Shown: positions 44,891 through 53,990 of the stretch, one piece after another
Layout of the letters: every line of letters starts with the position of its first letter
Position numbering within the stretch: the first letter of the stretch is position 1
IMG/VR virus record: IMGVR_UViG_3300044641_007115
Coordinates: 1-64,000 of that record
Length of the DNA: 64,000 bases
Direction: 5' to 3' (one strand)
Program-made: the position numbers and the translations under genes
The notes under the pieces: generated by a model
Told to the model about the DNA's origin: nothing
The model's input: only the letters and a program-made list of their open reading frames with translations
Databases searched by the model: none

Positions 44891-45190
44891 TTCTTGCGAA
44901 GGTCTTTCTTTAACAAGGCACCCTCAGTTCCCCGGATGGGTGCAATTAAGCAGCCATCGCCAGAACATTGCTGTTGGCAGTTATTGTTTTACGCTGTTAC
45001 CCGAATCCGCTCATAAAACTTCATCGGTTTCGGTAGTCGTCTACCGGTCCACTCCACTTTCCCAACTCACTGCCAATCGAATTCCGGGACGCCCCCGTAT
45101 GGTGCCCCCTTTCGAGAGCGTGTTTTGGTGGAGGCGGCGGGAGTCGAACCCGCGTCTTGCCAGCGTCAGAATCGGATCATCGCGGACAAC
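44890..45190 (-). ncRNA. ssrA: Circularly permuted two-piece tmRNA (acceptor piece ~45188-45126, 29-nt intervening segment, coding piece from 45096); tag ANSNVLAMAA at 44978-44946
   Basis: GCGGGTTCGACTCCCGC-CGCCTCC-ACCA precedes GGGGGCG; 7-bp acceptor with G3:U70; helix 2 pairs across pieces; ATAACT-GCC resume context. Confidence 0.92.
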
Positions 45191-45196
45191 TCTAAT

Positions 45197-45541
45197 TTAG
45201 CACACCACAGAATTTGATGCAAGCTGTTCTTCGTCGGACATGGCAGCAAATTTCTGCGGAGTTGGACCACCGAAGGGCGGCGTCAACATGGACTTCAGCA
45301 AGGCTTCGCGCACGTTCCGGCCCCGGAACATGTTGTTCGCACCTTGCCCCGGTTCCAGCCGGGCGACAGTGGTGCCGGTCGCATCGGTTTCGATAGACGG
45401 CCAATCACTGTCAATCCAATCGAGCATGTCATCGGCGGTGATGTTGCGCTCCGCATGTTTGACATATTTCGACGGATCGAACTGCCCGGCTGGAATCCAT
45501 ACTTTATGGTCGGGGCGGTCGATCAGACTGACTTCGTACAT
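45197..45541 (-). CDS. Hypothetical protein (start MYEVSLID)
   Basis: ATG overlaps upstream TGA; longer ORF call is shadowed by 45541..45909. Confidence 0.55.
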   Translation of the reverse strand: MYEVSLIDRPDHKVWIPAGQFDPSKYVKHAERNITADDMLDWIDSDWPSIETDATGTTVARLEPGQGANNMFRGRNVREALLKSMLTPPFGGPTPQKFAAMSDEEQLASNSVVC

Positions 45542-45909
45542 CAATCGACTTCCCACCCCGCTTCCACCATTTCCAGCGTAGAGGAATACGTCAACCGCTG
45601 AGTCGGAAGAGGAAAATCCGGCACGTCGCGGTTTGACTGCATGACAAACGTCACACTCATCCCGGTGTCTTCCTTCTTCTCCAGCTTCGCGTCGAAATGT
45701 TCGAAGAGGCTTCCCAAGTACACTGTGGGTTCCATCAGACCGTTCATCCCAACAACGAAGCCGCATTCCGGGAAACCGCCCGGTTGACGATTCGTCCGAC
45801 GAACGACAGGACAATATGACTTGCCGTTCTTGGATTTGTAGTGATACGACTTCACGTCGATCAGTAACCGAATCTCTTCATGCAAATCGACACCGGGCGA
45901 TGCTGTCAT
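45541..45909 (-). CDS. Hypothetical protein
   Basis: Packed operon, SD-like GAGGAA upstream. Confidence 0.55.
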   Translation of the reverse strand: MTASPGVDLHEEIRLLIDVKSYHYKSKNGKSYCPVVRRTNRQPGGFPECGFVVGMNGLMEPTVYLGSLFEHFDAKLEKKEDTGMSVTFVMQSNRDVPDFPLPTQRLTYSSTLEMVEAGWEVD

Positions 45910-45913
45910 TTTG

Positions 45914-46339
45914 TTATTCCTCTTCTTCTACAGATGCGGCACGAATCGCATCGGCAACCGACGCCTTTGCTTTCGTCTCTACCTTCACATGCGGCTGATG
46001 TAACGGAGTAAGATCCGGGAACTTCAGCTTCGGGAAGCCATCTTTCGCGGGCCTTCCACGCTTGTACACCCCGACATAGCCTTCGTTCAGAAGGACATAG
46101 GTGTAAGGCGTTTCAGCCGATGACTTCCGACCGAACGGATATCCTTGTTCTGGCCGCGTGTAGTCACTGATCCTTTCTGAGAGAGACACCAGCGCTTGCA
46201 AAAAATCCGGGCGCGTATGTGCCGTAACCACGGGTTCGATCTCCGGTGAGTATGGATACCCGTCGAACTCCATACTTCCCAACCAATTCAAAGATCCGTC
46301 AGTTTCCTGAACATAAAAATCGGCGGATGTGCCAGCCAT
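45914..46339 (-). CDS. Hypothetical protein
   Basis: MAGTSADFYV...WLGS..FDGYP; GGAGA upstream. Confidence 0.6.
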   Translation of the reverse strand: MAGTSADFYVQETDGSLNWLGSMEFDGYPYSPEIEPVVTAHTRPDFLQALVSLSERISDYTRPEQGYPFGRKSSAETPYTYVLLNEGYVGVYKRGRPAKDGFPKLKFPDLTPLHQPHVKVETKAKASVADAIRAASVEEEE

Positions 46340-46437
46340 TTGTCATTGTTCTCCCTGTTGGGCCGATTACCGGTGGCATGTCCAGTACCAGTCCCCATAG
46401 GACTAACAATAACACCCCGTCCGGGTGGTAAAAATCG

Positions 46438-46896
46438 TTATACCTCTACTCCCAACGCTTTCAGGCGTGTCACCAAATCGGCGGACTTGGCACGTTCCGC
46501 TTCGAGTTCCCGAAGAGCTTCCGAACGAAGTTGCATGTCAGTTTTTCCGCCCCATCGCTGGAAACGAATCACAACCGGTTCCATGTCCGGCGGGTTCACT
46601 TGGAACTCAAAAACGTTGATCGCGCCGCCGTCGCGGAACATCTGTGCGACTTCCGCCGCAATGAGAATGATGCCGGGGTAATTGACCGACGCTTCAAATC
46701 CCGATGTCTCATCAAAAGTCATCCGAATCAAACGGGCGGCTTCATCCGGCGACCGATATCCGTCCAATTTTGGGTCCGCCATTTCAATGCACTGGCGCGC
46801 GTTCGCCCGGTGTCCATCCAGCGAAACGAGTTTGGAAATTCCATACCTCTCATCCAGCATGTGTTGGAGCTTGTCCAGAAGTTCTGTATCGGTCAT
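46438..46896 (-). CDS. Hypothetical protein
   Basis: Likely start MTDTELL; divergent from the 46918 promoter. Confidence 0.5.
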   Translation of the reverse strand: MTDTELLDKLQHMLDERYGISKLVSLDGHRANARQCIEMADPKLDGYRSPDEAARLIRMTFDETSGFEASVNYPGIILIAAEVAQMFRDGGAINVFEFQVNPPDMEPVVIRFQRWGGKTDMQLRSEALRELEAERAKSADLVTRLKALGVEV

Positions 46897-46955
46897 AGAA
46901 ATGATTCTACCATAGCCTTGACATACACGTCGGGTGGTGATAAGATTCAAGTTCT

Positions 46956-47285
46956 ATGAAGCCTGAAACCTTCCGACTGTCAAGCCGACAAATAAGTCTT
47001 CTGCACGAATTCGCCACAACCCGGCGATTCATGCCGATCACCGAATGTCTTGTCATCGATCAACGGACGTTCGGGAGTCTCATTCGCAACATGCTGATCG
47101 ATTACGATTCGTCCCGTGAAGCGTTTTCTATCACTCCCAAAGGCCGCATGGTCTACAAAGCCTATCTCCACACCGAAACGGGCCGGGCGCACAGTGCGGA
47201 TTTTGCGCCGTCTGTTCAGGTTCTCATCAACAAGATCGGCGTCAAAGCTAAGGTCATCGAAATGGCAAAGGCGGCAAATCAATGA
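46956..47285 (+). CDS. Hypothetical protein, possible wHTH
   Basis: Follows TTGACA-N17-TAAGAT; LI.Y....F.ITPKG. Confidence 0.55.
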   Translation: MKPETFRLSSRQISLLHEFATTRRFMPITECLVIDQRTFGSLIRNMLIDYDSSREAFSITPKGRMVYKAYLHTETGRAHSADFAPSVQVLINKIGVKAKVIEMAKAANQ

Positions 47286-47461
47286 ACTACGATGCATTCT
47301 TCTTTCCGATCTGTGGGTTCTTTCTGATTGCGATGGTGAACATCATCCGATACTGGAACCTACCCATCCGGGAATATCTCAAAGCCACCGGCTTAGGGAT
47401 AGCCGGGTGGTTCGTCCTCTGGCTCTTCCTACTGATCCCCGGCGACCCTCTTGGATATTGA
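47282..47461 (+). CDS. 59-aa two-TM membrane protein (not in ORF track)
   Basis: MNYDAFFFPICGFFLIAMV...GLGIAGWFVLWLFLLIPGDPLGY*; ATGA overlap. Confidence 0.55.
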   Translation: MNYDAFFFPICGFFLIAMVNIIRYWNLPIREYLKATGLGIAGWFVLWLFLLIPGDPLGY

Positions 47462-47462
47462 T

Positions 47463-48026
47463 ATGAGCGCAACCATTCTCTACGCTGTCAATGAAGAGGG
47501 AACAGTTCAACCTCACAGCCAATTCAAGAACTCATGGGGTAGTGCAATGCTGGTGTGGGACTATCTGGCACAAAAATATCACCCCGCGCCGCCCAATCAC
47601 GACCCTACCGACATGTGGTCATTCTGCACGATTAACCCCAACTTCATCAAGAAGGTTTGGGATCTCCAAAACAAAGAAGACTTGCCGCTATGCGAATACG
47701 CGGCACTCCTGACCACGTTTGACGGTGCGATGTGCCGCCGGGAATATCTCCCGCGCCTGTCCGCTCTCTTGTTGGAATTTGACACACTGGCCCGCGAAAA
47801 ATGGCCCGACCGCACTGTGAACAGCATCGGTGAACAAGCACGGGCACTGATGAATGTCTACAACAGCGAATACGGTTGGCAAGCTGTATGCTGGCAACAG
47901 ACCACATGTGGCCCGGAGCAATGGCACGACAAGGGCGGCATCGAAGGCCCCTACAATATCCAAGGCGATGCCCACTGGTTTCTGGATGACGAACTGAAAG
48001 AGCGTGAAGCTAAACTAGTAGCGTGA
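47463..48026 (+). CDS. Hypothetical protein
   Basis: Coupled operon gene. Confidence 0.6.
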   Translation: MSATILYAVNEEGTVQPHSQFKNSWGSAMLVWDYLAQKYHPAPPNHDPTDMWSFCTINPNFIKKVWDLQNKEDLPLCEYAALLTTFDGAMCRREYLPRLSALLLEFDTLAREKWPDRTVNSIGEQARALMNVYNSEYGWQAVCWQQTTCGPEQWHDKGGIEGPYNIQGDAHWFLDDELKEREAKLVA

Positions 48027-48670
48027 AGCTACAGTTACGGTCGGACTTCCGCGATTTCTACGATCACATGTTCGACCGGTCGGGCGATGTATTCGAACGA
48101 TTCACCCGAACGGATATGCACCGTCGTGACGTTTTCGAACTTCTAAGCCGCGCCGGTTACAAAGTTCCTCCCCACGGCACCGCCGCCAAGATCAAATCGG
48201 TCTTTCATGCGCCGGATGACGGCTGGACTGTCGTTGCCTATGACGATCCCTTTGCTCATCGCGGGGAAGGCAAACGCAAGACCGGTGTCAACACATTGGA
48301 CCCGGAAACCTATTGCTCCCTCTACCTTGGCACTCTCTCCGAAATCACCGCCACCAACGTATCGTACCGGGAAGTTTGGATCGGTCGTCTATGGATCGGT
48401 ATGTGCTATCGATCCAACGATGAATGGCGGTCTAACGTGGGTGATGTGGAAATCGTCACGACCGGCATGAGCGAAGATATTCCGCGACCAGATGCATTTG
48501 TCAATTTTCCCTTGGTCGCGGTAGACTTAGTGGGGAGTATGGACGATGGTTATGCCGTGGATCTGAATACCGCGCCCGGTCTATCGGCGGTTCGGGATAT
48601 GCTTCGCGCCGGGGAAGTCGTCGATCACATCAAGGAATTTCTGGAGACACGTCATGAACCTAGACTCTAA
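48023..48670 (+). CDS. ATP-grasp-like protein (truncated/divergent)
   Basis: AVDL......AVDLNTAPGL resembles RimK-type E.N..PG; Y.L.Y.S..EWRSN. Confidence 0.5.
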   Translation: MKLQLRSDFRDFYDHMFDRSGDVFERFTRTDMHRRDVFELLSRAGYKVPPHGTAAKIKSVFHAPDDGWTVVAYDDPFAHRGEGKRKTGVNTLDPETYCSLYLGTLSEITATNVSYREVWIGRLWIGMCYRSNDEWRSNVGDVEIVTTGMSEDIPRPDAFVNFPLVAVDLVGSMDDGYAVDLNTAPGLSAVRDMLRAGEVVDHIKEFLETRHEPRL

Positions 48671-48941
48671 GGTCATTGAACACATTGCGGCGAAAGAAGC
48701 CGGATTCATCATCTTCCCATCGGATCTCACCAAAGAGTTCGAATTGACCGGTGAAGCGGCTCTTCAACATCTAACCATCGCGATGAAGGCCGGGTTTGTG
48801 GAATTACGGTTCAAACTCTTCGATCAGCCTTGGGTGCGCAACCTGAACGAAATTCCGATGGTCGTAGAAACCAAGGACGGTCCCCATACCGTCACGCCAC
48901 GGGATGTTATGGTCGGTTTCGAAAGAACCACTGTCCAATAA
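48654..48941 (+). CDS. Hypothetical protein
   Basis: Coupled operon gene. Confidence 0.5.
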   Translation: MNLDSKVIEHIAAKEAGFIIFPSDLTKEFELTGEAALQHLTIAMKAGFVELRFKLFDQPWVRNLNEIPMVVETKDGPHTVTPRDVMVGFERTTVQ

Positions 48942-49028
48942 AAATAACGGGAGCAGTGTAGCCAAATACACCGCTCCCGCGTCCGGCCACAGCCAAGGTT
49001 GTGGTCCGAAAGGCGTCCCTTGACGCCA
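48939..49028 (-). ncRNA. Candidate ~90-nt sRNA
   Basis: Own TTGACA-N18-TAACAT promoter, two hairpins, 13-bp terminator plus U tract, no SD-led ORF. Confidence 0.5.
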
Positions 49029-49073
49029 CCTATATGTTAAGCACAGTCTGGCTGATATGTCAAGCCTCTATTT

Positions 49074-50183
49074 TTAGAATGAGGTCAATGGCACAAACCC
49101 GCCGGACGGAGAGAACTTCAGTGACAGGCCGGAAAGAGCCTTGAACTGACCCTTCACAACCATAATCCCGTGCTTACCTTCAAGCGATGGGAATGCTGTC
49201 TTGTCGATGGTAAAAGCAACTTGACCCTTAGCCACAAGGGTGGTGGTCGTCTGGTGCAATTGCACACCGGCGTCATTGAAGAACGTCAGGGTTGCAACTT
49301 GAGGGAAGCCCATTGCATTCGATAGAGCGACGCCTGTGGCGTTGTTGTTCCGAAGATCATAGACCAAGTTCAATGTATCCTTGTCTGGCGTCACACCCGG
49401 CGTAGCGGCTTCCATAGCCTCACCACGGCTGTTCGGGAACTCATAGGCGATGCTGAAACCGACTCCGGTACCGTTGACTTGCGGAAGCACTTCAGCGTGT
49501 CCTGTAGTGACGTTCGGATGTGGGACATATGGATCGGTGAGTACCAACAGACTCACACCCTTCGGCGGGATCGTCACAATCGAATCACTGCCATAGATGT
49601 TGTTCGCGACCAATGACAATGGTGTCCCGGTCGGGCGAACAAACTGGACCCGCATGATCGCTGTGTCATTGCCGGGATTCACGAAACGAAGAGTAGTCTT
49701 CCATCCGCCACCGGCGGCGATGTGCGGCACTTGCCGCTGAATCGCGGGCGGGAGTTGTGACAGCCGGGAATCAATGACTTCCAAATTCAAAGTGATCGTC
49801 TGCGACCAATTCTGAACACCGTTGCTGGTATACGTGAACGTCACCGGTAGAAACGGATACTTTCCAACACCCAATGACAGAGAACCGGGGTTAATCGCCA
49901 GTTCGATGGTAGCCGGGAAATTGGGATAGATCAGCGCGGCGGACGGGGTTACAGTCACACCGGGCGGAAGAAGGTTGGCAAAAGAATTGACCTGAACAAA
50001 AACGGATTGGTTGTTCGTGCCGGGCGGCAATGCCACCGTGATCGGCCACGTCAATCGGGTTGCACTGGCTTTATCGGCCACAGCATTGATTTCAAGCGGA
50101 CTGATCGTAATGGGCGGTGGGGTCTGACCAAAAACACAAACGGAAGCAAAAAGCAAATAGAGAGTCAAAGTGATGTTGCGCAT
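49074..50183 (-). CDS. Secreted/surface protein with Acidobacteria-type PHIAAGGGW domain
   Basis: Signal peptide; VPHIAAGGGWKTTLRFVN; TGVAL.N; KG.VAF; L.L.F...G.F. Confidence 0.6.
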   Translation of the reverse strand: MRNITLTLYLLFASVCVFGQTPPPITISPLEINAVADKASATRLTWPITVALPPGTNNQSVFVQVNSFANLLPPGVTVTPSAALIYPNFPATIELAINPGSLSLGVGKYPFLPVTFTYTSNGVQNWSQTITLNLEVIDSRLSQLPPAIQRQVPHIAAGGGWKTTLRFVNPGNDTAIMRVQFVRPTGTPLSLVANNIYGSDSIVTIPPKGVSLLVLTDPYVPHPNVTTGHAEVLPQVNGTGVGFSIAYEFPNSRGEAMEAATPGVTPDKDTLNLVYDLRNNNATGVALSNAMGFPQVATLTFFNDAGVQLHQTTTTLVAKGQVAFTIDKTAFPSLEGKHGIMVVKGQFKALSGLSLKFSPSGGFVPLTSF

Positions 50184-50204
50184 GCATTGTTATCTAGCAT
50201 ACGA

Positions 50205-50239
50205 AAAACGCCGGACCCGAAGGCCCGGCGCTTTTTTGG
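50205..50239. terminator. Bidirectional terminator, near-identical to 44864-44890
   Basis: aaaaacgccggacccgaaggcccggcgctttttt. Confidence 0.8.
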
Positions 50240-50253
50240 AGAGAGAGGACGAA

Positions 50254-51267
50254 CTACTTGGCGGAAGTCGCAGCCGTTGCCGCCTTCTTTCCGGTTTCGA
50301 TGCCAAGGTGCTTCTTGATGCGCCGGACCAGCGTGGCTTCGCTGATGCCGCCTTCAAGGAAGGCCATGAAATCGACCAGAAGCGCGGAAGTCGGATCTTC
50401 GTCAGCCGAATGGCTTTCGACGTAGTTGCGGGAGAACTTCTTCAGATCGGCCAGCGTGCGCTTGATCTTCGAACCGTCTTCGCCCGTCTTGGAGCGGCGT
50501 TCGCGTTCGTGCTTCGCCAGCACCGCGCCGGTGATGCGCTTGAGGGTCGCCGGGTCGATGGTTCCCTCTTCGGCCATCGCTTCGTTTTCGGCCTGACTCT
50601 GAGCGTGTTCGGCGACAATGGCGTCCACCATCGTTTCGCGCTCCGATTCCGGCACCTTGACCAGCGTCTTGGCGGCGACTTCGAGGCTGATGACACCCGC
50701 GTCCACCAACTCCTGAATGCGCGTGGAGAGTTCGGACAGTTTCAGGTGGTGGTAGACGTACCACGGCTTCTTGCCGAAGACCGCCGCGATTTCGGCGTCC
50801 TTCATCTTGAAGGTGTCGCGGAGCACCATGATGATCTTCAGGCGATCCATCGGCGACAGTTCGATGCGACCCACGTTTTCGGTGACGTTCGAGAGGAACG
50901 CGGCCTTTTCGTTGATCGATTCCAGCTTCGCTTCGAGCACGAACGGTTCGTCGCCCATCGCATCCAGCTTCGCGATGGCGGCTTCCGACAGCTTCGCACG
51001 GAAGTTCTTGTCGTTGCGCTTTTCGTTGATGAGCAACGCAGCGGCGCGGCGGCGGAAACCCGCGACCAGAACCGGGGCATTTTCGTTGTCCTTGCGGACG
51101 ATGACGTTTTGCTTCTGGCCTTCGGTCAAGAGGCTTTCGGCCATCTCTTCCACCGCCTTCGGCTTGATTCCGAATCGGCCCTGCAAGGAATGATCCGGCA
51201 ACTTGATGAGCGCCGGGTTCAGTGCGTATCCCGTGCGCTTTCCGAATTCAACTGAGAACACTGACAT
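50254..51267 (-). CDS. ParB/Spo0J-like protein
   Basis: GQKQNVIVR...LVAGFRR..A; EN..R..LS.MD; HTH EIAAVFGKK. Confidence 0.8.
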   Translation of the reverse strand: MSVFSVEFGKRTGYALNPALIKLPDHSLQGRFGIKPKAVEEMAESLLTEGQKQNVIVRKDNENAPVLVAGFRRRAAALLINEKRNDKNFRAKLSEAAIAKLDAMGDEPFVLEAKLESINEKAAFLSNVTENVGRIELSPMDRLKIIMVLRDTFKMKDAEIAAVFGKKPWYVYHHLKLSELSTRIQELVDAGVISLEVAAKTLVKVPESERETMVDAIVAEHAQSQAENEAMAEEGTIDPATLKRITGAVLAKHERERRSKTGEDGSKIKRTLADLKKFSRNYVESHSADEDPTSALLVDFMAFLEGGISEATLVRRIKKHLGIETGKKAATAATSAK

Positions 51268-51475
51268 ATGAGTAGTTTTTGCTCCTTAAGTTCAGATGGC
51301 TTTATGCCACTCTGGTTAAGCCGGTGCTCTTTCGCTTGCCAACGGCTCACAATGTCAGTATCGCTATTTTGTGGGGCCACGTCAAGACAAAAAAAACCTT
51401 GGGTTACCGAGTTTGGAGTCTCGTTTAACCCAAGGTCGCTGATTTTTCAACAAGTTAGACGGAAGAAATTTTTTT

Positions 51476-51880
51476 CTAGTTTCGTTCGATCAGGTGGCGA
51501 CGAATGTCTTCCAGACGTGAATCGAAGGTTTCGTGCATGCTCTTCATCTGCACTTCAACGACGGTCTTCACGTTTTCGATCTTGTCTTCGATCTGTTCGA
51601 GCCGGGTACGGAAGGTATCTTCACGCACAAATTTGGTTTCCACCATCGCCATCAGGGTGTCTGCCACGGTTGTTTTCAGGCTGACCAACCCGATGTTGAC
51701 GGCATTGAGGTCATGGATGACCTTCTCTTTCAACATTTCAATCTCTTTGAGGGATTGAACGTTGTTCTCCAAAATGTCGTGCCGCACCTTCATGTGAACC
51801 GCCCACGACAAAAAGCTGGTCACGATGCCTAGAATGCCAAAAATGATAGCTACGGTAGCTTCAGAAATTCCAAGATTCAC
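51476..51880 (-). CDS. Single-TM coiled-coil protein
   Basis: TVAIIFGILGIVTSFLSW then heptad-rich tail; terminator downstream. Confidence 0.5.
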   Translation of the reverse strand: MNLGISEATVAIIFGILGIVTSFLSWAVHMKVRHDILENNVQSLKEIEMLKEKVIHDLNAVNIGLVSLKTTVADTLMAMVETKFVREDTFRTRLEQIEDKIENVKTVVEVQMKSMHETFDSRLEDIRRHLIERN

Positions 51881-51942
51881 TGTTGAGTCCTGTTCCAATC
51901 TGCCAACTATCCGCTGGCATGACAGGTATTTATGAATTTTGG

Positions 51943-52287
51943 TCAGAAGGCTTCTACAAGATGGTATGGAATGCCCTTCGCCTTCAGCAAGCTGATGGTG
52001 TTCTCTGTTCCGGGGCTATTTCCGTCCCAAACAATCACAGCGGCTTCCGCCACGGCGACCATTTCGCGATTGCGGCGCATGCCCGCACTCTTGCCGTATT
52101 TATCCCAATTGGCCGGGTACTCTTCGACGGGAACGTTGTTCGCCTTCGCCCAATGATAAGCCAGCATGTCTACGCCGCGTGCCATGCCGCAAATCAGGGT
52201 AGTGATTTGATACCCGGATTCGCGGATGGCACGCTCAATGACCGCCGGATCTGCAATTTCACGACTACCGGCGACTAGAACCTTCAC
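51943..52287 (-). CDS. SLOG/YspA-like (DUF2493) protein
   Basis: VLVAGSR; I.G.ARG.D; YPA.W..YGKSAG.RRN.EM; WDG.S.GT. Confidence 0.88.
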   Translation of the reverse strand: MKVLVAGSREIADPAVIERAIRESGYQITTLICGMARGVDMLAYHWAKANNVPVEEYPANWDKYGKSAGMRRNREMVAVAEAAVIVWDGNSPGTENTISLLKAKGIPYHLVEAF

Positions 52288-52778
52288 GCAGATACCTCTT
52301 CCGTGGCCTTCAGACGCTCCACAATCGCGCGGCACGTCCGGGGCGAACGGGTGAGCCGGGCGGCGATGTCGCACGACGTATAGCCGTTCTTATGCATTTC
52401 CATTGCGATCTGCATGTCGGTTTCGCTGATCGGGCGGCGGGTCGAAGTTTTGAAAGACCGGCCTTCGCGCGGCGTCAGGATGATGTTGGACGGGCGGTTG
52501 TCGGTACCGTCGTTGTTCTTGTGACCAACGTAGTACTTCCGGTTGAATGCGCGCGCACCAAACTTCTCATACGCGGCCAAACGATGAACGTAGATCCACG
52601 TACCGGCTTCTTCGATGTAGACCTTCCGGTACTGGTTCGGCTCCCGGCGGTTGTGTGAATAGCTTTTCAGCCGGGTCTTGTCTTCGTCCCGGACGACAGT
52701 TCCATTGCGGTTGACACGATATCCGGCCTTGCGTGCGGCCCGAATCGCCAGATTGCTTTTCGAAAGTTGAATTTTCAT
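52284..52778 (-). CDS. HNH endonuclease (HNH_3-type) with C-terminal HTH
   Basis: YVHRL.A...FG...VGHKNND.TDNR.SNI. Confidence 0.75.
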   Translation of the reverse strand: MKIQLSKSNLAIRAARKAGYRVNRNGTVVRDEDKTRLKSYSHNRREPNQYRKVYIEEAGTWIYVHRLAAYEKFGARAFNRKYYVGHKNNDGTDNRPSNIILTPREGRSFKTSTRRPISETDMQIAMEMHKNGYTSCDIAARLTRSPRTCRAIVERLKATEEVSA

Positions 52779-52791
52779 TTTTCTCTCCCGG

Positions 52792-53241
52792 TCACGGTTT
52801 CAAAATCGCGACCACCATGTTCAGTGCATCCTCAAGATTGTTGGCCCTGAAATCGATCAGGTTCCGAATCATGGCGTGGTCATGCAAGTCATCCAAGATC
52901 ACCACACACGGCTTGCGGAATGCGTCCGCCCAACCGAATTCGATGCATGTACCGATGCTGACACGGGACAGGCCGGGCGGAAAATTGAATAACACCACGT
53001 CTGACCGCATGACATCCATACGGTCGCGCGCGGTAATCGCATCGTCGGTGCTCAACGGAAACTCTTTGTATCCGTCCGCCAAGAGTTTCCCGTCATTCAG
53101 GTAGCTCTTGGCCCGCATCGGCGAAAATCCATCGATTCCATGATCGGCCAAGAACAACTTGGCTTGGGTGCGCCATTCGGTTGCTTCGGCATAGTTTTGC
53201 CCGGCGATGGGTCCGGCCAGATAGACACGCGGTTTGCTCAT
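52792..53241 (-). CDS. Nucleoside 2-deoxyribosyltransferase-like protein
   Basis: RVYLAGPI; D..DV.RSD.V; S.GT..E.GWA. Confidence 0.85.
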   Translation of the reverse strand: MSKPRVYLAGPIAGQNYAEATEWRTQAKLFLADHGIDGFSPMRAKSYLNDGKLLADGYKEFPLSTDDAITARDRMDVMRSDVVLFNFPPGLSRVSIGTCIEFGWADAFRKPCVVILDDLHDHAMIRNLIDFRANNLEDALNMVVAILKP

Positions 53242-53936
53242 TGTGCCATCACCTTCCGGTCGAAGATGCGCTGATAGAGAGCATTCTGAAGGATTGTGAT
53301 GTCGCCGCCATTCTCGAATGTGGCATCGAAAGTTGTGTCCTTCCAATCTGTCTCACTGGCGTGGGTCGGGGTATATCCGTCGTCGCGCCCGGCGACCAAC
53401 CAAACTTGACCACCCTCTTCACGGATCATGGCAATTTCGTTTTGGAAACGAACATCAGAGACGACCCATTTGCCCGTCTGGACCTTTTCCCGGACACGGT
53501 TGATCCAGTAGTCCTTGTCTTGCGCCCGGCGGTATTCGGTGCCGTGCCACTGAAGCAACCGCCGCAACTCCACCTTCCGGCGGTTGATGATGTCTACCTT
53601 GTCGTAATCGGTCGTTGCGATATCCAAAGCAAAAGGCAAATTGATGCCCAATTCTTCACGAACGCGCGTCCGATATTCTTCAGTGGGATTGGTAATTGCG
53701 TCGTATGCTTCGATTTTCAAAGCATCGGCGAACGCCAATTTTTGATAACCGAGAAATGACAAGAGAAAACTTGCTGTATCTTTCCCGGCACCAGCCGCTC
53801 CACAGAAACCAATGAGTCGCGGCGCGTTGTCGAGATTGAGTTGAGTGACGATTTGGCTGATGCCGTTGCCCAATGTTTCATAAGCAAGAGCGGTGCCTAA
53901 GTGTCGAATGAGTCGAGTTACTAGTTCTTGTGCCAT
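53238..53936 (-). CDS. Deoxynucleoside monophosphate kinase (T4 gp1-like)
   Basis: IGFCG.AG.GKDT; AFAD.LK; R..LQ..GTE; V.SDVRF.NE; H.SE. Confidence 0.9.
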   Translation of the reverse strand: MAQELVTRLIRHLGTALAYETLGNGISQIVTQLNLDNAPRLIGFCGAAGAGKDTASFLLSFLGYQKLAFADALKIEAYDAITNPTEEYRTRVREELGINLPFALDIATTDYDKVDIINRRKVELRRLLQWHGTEYRRAQDKDYWINRVREKVQTGKWVVSDVRFQNEIAMIREEGGQVWLVAGRDDGYTPTHASETDWKDTTFDATFENGGDITILQNALYQRIFDRKVMAQ

Positions 53937-53990
53937 CCTTTCTGTCGCCTCTGTGATGTAGCGGCGGAAGTGCGACGTTCCGCCACTCGA

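Noticed and set aside
44738-45200. ORFs 44738-45016 and 44826-45200
   Set aside because: Antisense to the tmRNA gene; no protein signal
51268-51365. c-di-GMP riboswitch in the parB leader
   Set aside because: Has GCGAAAG and hairpins but lacks the GACGCAAAG core; may be a plain structured leader
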